Shown in pieces: positions 1-6,508 of a DNA stretch of 10,859 nucleotides; positions within the stretch are counted from its first letter, which is position 1, and each line of letters opens with the position of its first letter. The position numbers and the translations under genes are program-made. The notes under the pieces were generated by a model. That model did not search any database. It had not been told where the DNA came from and saw only the letters and a program-made list of their open reading frames with translations. The DNA comes from an uncultured bacterium. GTDB taxonomy: Bacteria; Oederibacteriota; JAAXVQ01; JAUVAV01. The stretch spans positions 1 to 10,859 of the forward strand of contig CAVQBK010000010.1 in the NCBI GenBank assembly GCA_963710755.1, written 5' to 3'.

Positions 1-845
1 AGCAGCCGGTGGCTGCTGACCCAAGTTTTAGCCTGCCTGAGCGGGCCCGGTTTGCGCCCCTTCATCCGCTCCGCCCACCACTCGGCCAAGCCGGCCAGCG
101 CCAGCAAAGGTTTGAGCTTCCATGCGGTGGCCTGGGAAAAAAAGAGCAGCCGGTTCAAGCGGCGATTGCGCTCTATAAGAAAGCGGTTGCGCTCTTTTTT
201 CCCCTGCACGGTGGCGCCCCCTAAATGGCGCACCATGACCGCTGGCACTTGTGCGACCTCCTGTCCCATCAGCCGCGCTTTCCATGATAAATAGGTGTCC
301 TCATGAAAAAATTGATAATCCTCGTCAAAGGGCACCCCTAAGCGCTGCCGGTCGAAAAGCACGGCGCAGCCGCTGATGCCAAAGACCATGCGGGGATCAT
401 CAAAAACGTTATCAATCATGGCCCCGGTCAAACTCAAGGTGCCGTTGCGGGGATAACGGCTCGTATCCATATTGAGGTTGTGGATCACCGGTCCCAAGAC
501 CGCAAGCGAAGGCGCGGCCATGGCCTGCGCCATCAGGGTGGTGATGACCGACGGCGGCAAGTGCACGTCATTGTTCATTAAAAATATCCAGTCATGTTCA
601 GCGGCAGCGGCAGCGGTATTATTAGCGCCGACAAAGCCTTTGTTGCTTTCCAGCACCATCAGCCGGACCTGCGGAAAATGGCGCCGCACCTGCTGCGCCG
701 AGTCATCGGTGGAGGCGTCGTCGACCACGATGATTTCCATGGGCGCGTAATCCTGGGCCAACGCCGTGGGCAGCGCTTGCGCCAGCAAGGGCCAGCCATT
801 GTAATTGGAGATAATGATCGTCACGCCGCGTTGGTTATTGGTCAT
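1..845 (-). CDS. GT2 family glycosyltransferase (WbbL/rhamnosyltransferase-like subgroup), partial; 3' end lies beyond the left edge
   Basis: Not in the ORF track; translated by hand from ATG at 845, 6 nt after the flippase stop: MTNNQRGVTIIISNYNGWPLLAQAL...EIIVVDDASTDDS...NKGFVGANN...WIFLMNND...ISGCAVLF...FDEDYQFFHEDTYLSWKARLMG...VRHLGGAT. These are the canonical GT-A/GT2 motifs (VVDDAS, N.GF..ANN, NND, F..ED, H..GAT). No stop codon down to position 3. Confidence 0.93.
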   Translation of the reverse strand, partial: MTNNQRGVTIIISNYNGWPLLAQALPTALAQDYAPMEIIVVDDASTDDSAQQVRRHFPQVRLMVLESNKGFVGANNTAAAAAEHDWIFLMNNDVHLPPSVITTLMAQAMAAPSLAVLGPVIHNLNMDTSRYPRNGTLSLTGAMIDNVFDDPRMVFGISGCAVLFDRQRLGVPFDEDYQFFHEDTYLSWKARLMGQEVAQVPAVMVRHLGGATVQGKKERNRFLIERNRRLNRLLFFSQATAWKLKPLLALAGLAEWWAERMKGRKPGPLRQAKTWVSSHRL

Positions 846-851
846 GCGCTT

Positions 852-2318
852 TTAATCCGTCACCTTCATGGTCCCGGCTGCGTTGGGTTTGAGGATGCGG
901 CTGAAGAGTTCATGGTCAATTTCATCAAACCCGCCCAGCGCCAGCAAACTGATGCCGTAGACCGCCGCGCCCAGCACAATCTGAAAACCCATGTCCCAGG
1001 CCCCGATAAAATAAAGAAGAACCACCATGATCAGGCCGGCCAGGGCTGGTTTGACAAAATAACGCAACAACCCCAAGTTCAAGCTCAGCGGTTTGGCCAG
1101 CACGATCACATAAAGCAGGCTGTTGATCACCTCTGAACCCAGGGTTACCCCGGCCGCTCCCAACGCGCCATAAGCGGGAATAAAGACCGCATTCAAGACC
1201 ATGTTAAAGAGCATCATGACCAAGGCAAAGACCGTCACGATGCGCTGCTTCTCCATCACAATGAGGTAAGGCGCGCTCACCGAGTTAAGGGCGATTATTA
1301 AAAGCGACCACATCAGCACCGACAGCAGCTGCACGCTCTGAATATAGGCTTGGCCATAAAGAACACGGATTATTGTAGGACCCAGCATGGTCACCCCCAA
1401 GGCCATGGGCAAGGTTATGATCCACATGTATTTAAGGGAGCGGCGGTAGATGAGCAGAAAGCGTTGCTGGTTAACTTTGAAGCTAGAGGCAATCACCGGG
1501 AAAATAGCCCCGCCGTAGTAGGCCGGAAAGATCAGGGTAAACTCAAGCAGACGGTAGGCCGCGTTGTAAATCCCCACCGATGATTGATCTTTCATGACGC
1601 CCAGCATGACTGTGTCCACCCGGAAATAGACCACCGAGAATAAATTGGCTAAAGCCAGTGGATAGGCTTGCCGCAGCAAATGTTTGGCGAAAGACCAGTC
1701 CATGTGGAAGTTGGGGCGCACAAATTGGCGGAGGGTAATAAAGATAATGATGAACTGCACCGCGGACATTACGGATTGAATCCAAATCAGTGTCACCACG
1801 CCCGCCCCACCGGCCAGTGCTCCCAAAGAAGCCGTGATCCGCAACGTGGCGGCTATGACCGCGATGGCCGAAGGAATCTCCATGCGTTGGTGGGCGTTGA
1901 ATAAGGCGCTGCAACTGTCAACGGCGCTGGTGAAGAAGAGTGACAAGGCCACGATGGCCGAGATTTTTATTAACAAGGCCGGTTGCCTCAGCGCCCAGAC
2001 CGTGAGGATCAAGCCCAAAGCCGCCACCAAGGAAAGAAAAAAACGCAGGATTAAGGTGTGCCCCAAATAAACCGACTCCCTGCTGCTGTCCTGGGCCACG
2101 TCCCGGGTGGTGATGGTACCCAACCCAAAATCAGTAATAATATAAAAAATAGCGTATAAGGAGAGCACGTAGGAGTAAGTACCAAACCCCACGGTGCCCA
2201 ATTGGCGGGCCGCGTAAATCACCAGCAAGACGCCCAGTAGTTTGTTGATGATGCCCGCCACCAGTTGGACCAAGGAATTTTTGGCAATTTTAGCCGTTGG
2301 ATTAAGTTCAGCCATCAT
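852..2318 (-). CDS. wzx: Wzx-type polysaccharide/oligosaccharide flippase (MOP/MATE-like superfamily)
   Basis: About 14 hydrophobic segments. Family motifs KIAKNS, YAARQLG..GFG.YS, DFGL....TRDVA, YFRVDTVMLG, VGIYNAAYRL, N.VLN..FIP.YGALGAA..T..SE. The start is more likely ATG 2318 or 2315 (AAAGAGG just upstream) than the TTG at 2348 in the ORF track. Confidence 0.92.
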   Translation of the reverse strand: MMAELNPTAKIAKNSLVQLVAGIINKLLGVLLVIYAARQLGTVGFGTYSYVLSLYAIFYIITDFGLGTITTRDVAQDSSRESVYLGHTLILRFFLSLVAALGLILTVWALRQPALLIKISAIVALSLFFTSAVDSCSALFNAHQRMEIPSAIAVIAATLRITASLGALAGGAGVVTLIWIQSVMSAVQFIIIFITLRQFVRPNFHMDWSFAKHLLRQAYPLALANLFSVVYFRVDTVMLGVMKDQSSVGIYNAAYRLLEFTLIFPAYYGGAIFPVIASSFKVNQQRFLLIYRRSLKYMWIITLPMALGVTMLGPTIIRVLYGQAYIQSVQLLSVLMWSLLIIALNSVSAPYLIVMEKQRIVTVFALVMMLFNMVLNAVFIPAYGALGAAGVTLGSEVINSLLYVIVLAKPLSLNLGLLRYFVKPALAGLIMVVLLYFIGAWDMGFQIVLGAAVYGISLLALGGFDEIDHELFSRILKPNAAGTMKVTD

Positions 2319-2428
2319 GGCCTCTTTTTCTGTCATTTGAACCGGCAACGCCGGAACTGATTCGTGCCTAAAACGGTGGTGGCTACGTTTTTGTCACTGG
2401 ATCCCGGATGACATTAGCGTCTGTAATG

Positions 2429-2458
2429 GGATTATCTACGCTTTTGCGTAGATAATCC
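2429..2458. repeat. Perfect 13-bp inverted repeat with 4-nt loop (intergenic hairpin)
   Basis: GGATTATCTACGC (2429-2441), TTTT, GCGTAGATAATCC (2446-2458). It lies 39 nt past the stop of the secreted-protein gene. No U-tract follows on the minus strand, so its function is uncertain. Confidence 0.85.
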
Positions 2459-2497
2459 GGATTTAAAGAATTTTATCCAGCTCCGCCGGGTTAGTCA

Positions 2498-2839
2498 CTA
2501 TTTGATCAAGGCTATTTTCTTAACCAGCCTTTCTTTGGTTCCCTGCCCATTGTCCGCCTTCACCAGGAACAGATATACCCCATTGGCCAGGTTGCCCATG
2601 TAGACTTGTTTATGATAGAGCCCCGCGCCTGGGCAATCGAGGTTAAAGGTCATGACCTTGCCATGGGTGGAGGTGAAGACTTGAACCTCAAGACTGCAAG
2701 CTGCCTGGGTATAAACCGTGAAGTTGGCATTGCTACCTCTCACCGGATTGGGCGCGGTGTAGACATAGTGCTCAGAAATCAATTTTCCTTTAAAATCAGC
2801 GATAGCCGTGGGGGTGGGTAAAGGCGTCGGGGTTTGGGG
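2498..2839 (-). other. Pro/Thr linker plus T9SS type-A/FlgD-Ig-like C-terminal domain
   Basis: PQTPTPLPTPT (2807-2839) is followed by ~100 aa with VYTAPNPVRG...VQVFT..G..V...LANGVYLFLVKA...KKIALIK-stop. This parallels the YPNP / L..G.Y / K..K-terminus motifs of type-A CTDs. Confidence 0.75.
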
Positions 2840-5290
2840 ATGGGCGGCGAACTGGTAAACCTGGTGATCATCACCGATGGCGTATACTTCATATTGGTGG
2901 TTGTTATTACCGTCTCCGATAGCCAGGCGGCGAAGAAGTTGACCCACAGCCCCAATCTCCTGCTGATCCCACTGTGACCCCACACGGCGCAGTTGCAGTA
3001 CTTTCCCACTGTTGGTGGCCACATAGACCTCATCACTGCCATCATTGTCGCCATCGTTGACCAGCACATCATTAAGCGGTTCACCCCCGTCCACCACTGT
3101 GCTGGTTTCCCAATTGGAGGTCATCCACTTATACTGGTATAGTTTGCCGTCTTTGTTGGCCCCATAAATCTCGATCTGTTGATCATGATTACCATCACCA
3201 ATGCTGACTGCGGTCATTTCCCCGGTACCCGAGCCCACCACACTCATGGTCCAACTGGCGCCCACTTTTTGGTATTCATGTATTTGACCAGCGGCATCGG
3301 GCGGATTGGCGGTATTGGCGCTATAAAGCGCGAAATATTGGCCGCCACGAGCGCTCCCGATAGCCAAGTCCACTATACGGGATCCATCGTTGGCAATGAT
3401 TTGATCTTGCCAAGGCGCGCCATAACTTATTTGGTGAATCTGCCCGTCCTCGCCCGCGCAATACAGTTCATTGACCCCGTCATTATCCGCGTCACCATAA
3501 ACCATGGCATAGTATTTGTCGCTGCCATGCGCGATGACCGTGCCGCTGCTGCCGATCGCTTTGAACTGTATTAGGTCATAATTTCCATTTAAAGCGGTGG
3601 CGTAGATTTCAGGAACATTATTGCCATCCATATCAGCAACCAAGACCGTGGCCAGATAGCTGGATGTCGGTGAGGAAGGTATGCTTGTTTTTTCCCAACC
3701 ATTGGAAATCCAATTGAAAGTTGACAATTGCGTATTGCGATCCGCCACCAGCACTGCATTTTTACCGTTGTTATCATTATCGCTTACCGTAATCGCCCAA
3801 TAAGCTCCGGCCAGGGATGGAATGCCCGTACTGCCAAGGGTAGACGATCTCCATGTCACCGGCTGGACGGTGGATTGGAGAAGGGTGAAGCGCTTCCCGA
3901 AATTAAATTGCTCCGCCCCCATCATCAGCATGATGCCATATTCCCCGGTACCCGAGGGCAGGTTAAACGCACAAGTGAGTTGATTTTCATTTATCACATC
4001 GAGATTACTTCCGGTGATCACCTGGCCCCCTTTGACCAGGCTGACGCCGGTAACCTGCGCAAGATTACTGCCATACAGGGTCATGGCCAGCGTCCGGCCA
4101 CCGATGCCGTGATCAGGCGCATTGATCATCACCTTAGGCGCATCATCGAAGATGAGCACGCGATTATTGTACCGGTCGGTCACAAATAGTTTTTTATTCT
4201 CCACGCAGATGGCGTTGGGACCGTTAAACTTCTTGTCCGAACATCCGGAAGAGGACCCCGTCATGTCCGTCTGGCCGATCACAATGTCTGCCGAAGCATT
4301 CGCCACGGTGGGCAATTGGTTGTAAATGAGAATGCGGTTATTACCTGTATCGGCAATATAGAGACGAGTACCGTCGCAGCAAACATCACCTGGTCCATTT
4401 AAACTGTTCGCCGCCGGGGCTGACCCTCCTTTATTGGGGCTGTTGCTGATCATATCGGATTGGCCAATAACAATATCTGCGGAGGTATTATCTGCGACAG
4501 GTATCGAGTTGAAAATCAACACGCGGTTATTGGTACTATCGGCGATTATGAATTTATTATCGTAGGTGCACATACCACCAGGAAAGTAAAGTGTATTTGC
4601 AGCCACACCACTGCCTTGATTGAAATCATGACTGGTCATGTTTGGCTGGCCAACCACAATATCCGCGGTTGCATTATTTGTTGTTGGAATTACGTTATAA
4701 ATCAAAATCCTGTGATTATGCTGGTCATTGACAAATAAATGAGTGCCTTCACTAAAAACTTGAATCGAATTCCGATAATTGTTAGGTGAACAAGACCAAA
4801 CCGAGCTAGTCATATCAGCCTGCCCAACAACGTACTGGGCGGGAGCTCCATTCTGAAAAGGGATGGTATCATAAATCAGCACCCGGTTATATTGCCAATC
4901 AACAATAAAAATATAGTCATTGATACTAGCCACCCCTGTCGGATCAGAGCAACCCGCACTTGTTAGCGCAGCAGCGCTGCTGTTCATATCAGTCTGCCCG
5001 ACAACAACATCAGCATCAATATTATTTGCTTGCGGGATAGAATTGAAAACCAGTGTCCGTCGATTTCCACTGTCGCTGATGAATACTTTGCTTCCATTAA
5101 CCGCTATGCCTTGGGGGTTATTTAGCGTATGCGCATTCAACGTTGTTCCCTGGTTGGGCATGTCGTCTATCATCGTATTTTGCCCAATGACTACGTTGGC
5201 AGATTGATTAGTTTCAAAAGCTTGTGTCGCAGGTATCAAATACAAACCGATATTTAAAATCAACAGCAAAATTTTTACCAAATTTATCAT
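2498..5290 (-). CDS. Secreted multidomain surface protein: signal peptide, NHL beta-propeller, IPT/TIG, FG-GAP/VCBS-like propeller, Pro/Thr linker, T9SS/FlgD-like C-terminal domain
   Basis: From ATG 5290 (or GTG 5293; AAGGTGGG upstream): MINLVKILLLILNIGLYLIPATQA|FE reads as a 24-aa Sec signal. Repeats and domains are visible in the translation (see the following features). The ORF-track start at 5344 adds a polar extension ahead of the signal peptide. Confidence 0.88.
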   Translation of the reverse strand: MINLVKILLLILNIGLYLIPATQAFETNQSANVVIGQNTMIDDMPNQGTTLNAHTLNNPQGIAVNGSKVFISDSGNRRTLVFNSIPQANNIDADVVVGQTDMNSSAAALTSAGCSDPTGVASINDYIFIVDWQYNRVLIYDTIPFQNGAPAQYVVGQADMTSSVWSCSPNNYRNSIQVFSEGTHLFVNDQHNHRILIYNVIPTTNNATADIVVGQPNMTSHDFNQGSGVAANTLYFPGGMCTYDNKFIIADSTNNRVLIFNSIPVADNTSADIVIGQSDMISNSPNKGGSAPAANSLNGPGDVCCDGTRLYIADTGNNRILIYNQLPTVANASADIVIGQTDMTGSSSGCSDKKFNGPNAICVENKKLFVTDRYNNRVLIFDDAPKVMINAPDHGIGGRTLAMTLYGSNLAQVTGVSLVKGGQVITGSNLDVINENQLTCAFNLPSGTGEYGIMLMMGAEQFNFGKRFTLLQSTVQPVTWRSSTLGSTGIPSLAGAYWAITVSDNDNNGKNAVLVADRNTQLSTFNWISNGWEKTSIPSSPTSSYLATVLVADMDGNNVPEIYATALNGNYDLIQFKAIGSSGTVIAHGSDKYYAMVYGDADNDGVNELYCAGEDGQIHQISYGAPWQDQIIANDGSRIVDLAIGSARGGQYFALYSANTANPPDAAGQIHEYQKVGASWTMSVVGSGTGEMTAVSIGDGNHDQQIEIYGANKDGKLYQYKWMTSNWETSTVVDGGEPLNDVLVNDGDNDGSDEVYVATNSGKVLQLRRVGSQWDQQEIGAVGQLLRRLAIGDGNNNHQYEVYAIGDDHQVYQFAAHPQTPTPLPTPTAIADFKGKLISEHYVYTAPNPVRGSNANFTVYTQAACSLEVQVFTSTHGKVMTFNLDCPGAGLYHKQVYMGNLANGVYLFLVKADNGQGTKERLVKKIALIK
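2843..3802 (-). repeat. Seven FG-GAP/VCBS-like repeats (predicted seven-bladed propeller with Ca-binding loops)
   Basis: Loops SDNDNNGKNAV, ADMDGNNVPEIY, GDADNDGVNELY, GSARGGQYFALY (degenerate), GDGNHDQQIEIY, NDGDNDGSDEVY and GDGNNNHQYEVY recur at ~45-aa spacing. Most are followed by G.[IVL].Q....W. Confidence 0.82.
3878..4141 (-). other. IPT/TIG-like immunoglobulin domain linking the two propellers
   Basis: APKVMINAPDHG..G.TL.MTLYGSNL....GVSL...NLDVINENQLTC.F.LP...GEY.I...FTLL matches the P.I..I.P..G...T..G.NF...S...I.C...G.Y...FT pattern of IPT/TIG domains. Confidence 0.75.
4142..5203 (-). repeat. Six NHL-type repeats (predicted six-bladed beta-propeller)
   Basis: Six ~58-63 aa units of the form A[DN].V[IV]GQ.DM.S....L..P.G....G.KL[FY]..D..NNR[VI]LI[FY]N.IP..N. 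They begin SANVVIGQ, DADVVVGQ, PAQYVVGQ, TADIVVGQ, SADIVIGQ, SADIVIGQ. Confidence 0.9.
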
Positions 5291-5354
5291 CACGCTTTTT
5301 GTCCCACCTTTGATGTTTTCTCCAGATATTTCCATAAATTCCACACAACATTAA

Positions 5355-6317
5355 TTACTTTTTCTCAAAGACAACAATCACATTATCACCTTCACCTTCG
5401 TCATTAAGTTTTGCGGCTTTTTTTTGATAGGCACTTATCATTTGCGAAGTGAATAGTGATTTCTCGGGATTTTTAGCATACGATTTTTCCGAGATCAACG
5501 CAATATCCTGCCGGTACTGTTCGCTTCCCCAAAATTGAAAAGCTGTTGAATTATAAAAGAAATCAATAATTTTCATTCCGGCTTGATTGCCCAGTATTTC
5601 CAGACTCTTTTTGGAATGTAAGAAAAAATGCCGTGGCGCGTCTAATTGTACCCAATCTGCTCCATAGGTTTTCCATGCAAACGAGGATGATAAAGGAAGG
5701 CTCATTAAGCAGCGTCCTTTCTCAAATAATCTTTCCGCGACTTGCTGCATGATTTGACGGGGATCGGACATATGCTCAAATGAATCCTGAAACATAATGA
5801 CATCCCAACTTGCCTTCACTTGAAATAATTCTTGTTTCTTTATTTCAAGCCCATTTGAATAACGAATATCCTGGCGAATAAATGGATCGATCCCAAGCAA
5901 ATGACGCAACCCAATATTTCTAAGTTGATATAAATGAAAACCTGCGCCGCACCCGACATCCAGCACTCTGCTCTCTGTCGTAAGATTAAGCGCCTTTGTT
6001 TTTAAAGCCAAATCAGGGTTTTTAAATTTTTCGTTCAACCAGCTTCCGATCAGACCTTTTTTAAAAACTATATATTGGTCACGCCATCGACGAATCATGT
6101 TGCTGATGGGATTTCTAAAATAGCGCTCGATGTTTGGTTCAAAACTATAGTATTCGTCAGGATAATAGGGAGACATATCTTTGGGAATTTCTGCTATTTG
6201 CAGGCAATGACAGGCACTGCATAAAAAATAGGTGAATTCTTTTCTTGACCCAAATAACATCTCTCGAACTTGATATGTTTGATGATTTTTATCATTTCCG
6301 CATATTTTGCATTTCAT
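5355..6317 (-). CDS. Class I SAM-dependent methyltransferase with N-terminal putative Zn-binding CxxC...CxxC
   Basis: Motif I RVLDVGCGAG, then GIDP, WDVIMFQDSFEHMSDP and LDAPRHFF. CKIC and CSAC pairs at the N-terminus. Strong SD GGAGG (6324-6328) 6 nt before the ATG. Confidence 0.92.
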   Translation of the reverse strand: MKCKICGNDKNHQTYQVREMLFGSRKEFTYFLCSACHCLQIAEIPKDMSPYYPDEYYSFEPNIERYFRNPISNMIRRWRDQYIVFKKGLIGSWLNEKFKNPDLALKTKALNLTTESRVLDVGCGAGFHLYQLRNIGLRHLLGIDPFIRQDIRYSNGLEIKKQELFQVKASWDVIMFQDSFEHMSDPRQIMQQVAERLFEKGRCLMSLPLSSSFAWKTYGADWVQLDAPRHFFLHSKKSLEILGNQAGMKIIDFFYNSTAFQFWGSEQYRQDIALISEKSYAKNPEKSLFTSQMISAYQKKAAKLNDEGEGDNVIVVFEKK

Positions 6318-6323
6318 ACCCTT

Positions 6324-6328
6324 CCTCC
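6324..6328 (-). promoter_or_regulatory. Shine-Dalgarno sequence of the methyltransferase
   Basis: Minus strand reads GGTGGAGGAAGGGT-ATG. Confidence 0.8.
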
Positions 6329-6343
6329 ACCTTGCGTCTTCGT

Positions 6344-6400
6344 AAAAAAGCCAGCCGCCAGTTAACTAAAGGCAAAATAACGCCCTGCCGGTCTTTTTTT
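6344..6400 (-). terminator. Terminator/attenuator-like branched RNA structure
   Basis: Minus strand: AAAAAAAG-A-CCGGC [AGGGCG-TTATTT-TGCCTT] [TAG-TTAA-CTG] GCG GCTGG-CTTTTTT. A GC-rich closing stem is followed by U6 and flanked by A7 on the other side. Folded by eye only. Confidence 0.5.
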
Positions 6401-6458
6401 CTATTGATCATCATTTCATCCTGAAAATTTCTTTGTCGATACGCTATTTTCAAGCACA

Positions 6459-6487
6459 ACTATAGACGAATTGTAATTTTACCTCAA
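6459..6487 (-). promoter_or_regulatory. Putative sigma70-type promoter
   Basis: TTGAGG (6487-6482), 17-nt spacer, TATAGT (6464-6459): 4/6 and 5/6 consensus matches with optimal spacing, in an AT-rich intergenic gap. Confidence 0.55.
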
Positions 6488-6508
6488 GATCATAGTTCAG
6501 AAATAACC

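Noticed and set aside
599-616. (CAGCGG)3 tandem repeat encoding poly-Ala in the GT2
   Set aside because: In frame, only three copies, and the N.GF..ANN to NND spacing is normal for GT2, so there is no sign of expansion.
2843-5203. CRISPR array or DGR template/variable repeat pair within the repeat-rich gene
   Set aside because: Similarity is at the protein level with synonymous divergence. I saw no identical DNA repeats, no adenine-specific mismatch pair and no reverse transcriptase or cas gene.
5418-5425. T8 run (A8 on the coding strand) in the methyltransferase
   Set aside because: Explained by Gln-Lys-Lys codons in an AT-rich gene; too short to support phase variation.
6330-6380. c-di-GMP-I riboswitch or RfaH ops element in the leader
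   Set aside because: AAAGGCAAA and GACGCAA occur on opposite strands with no GNRA-capped stem between them. GGCGGCTG does not match the ops core GGCGGTAG.
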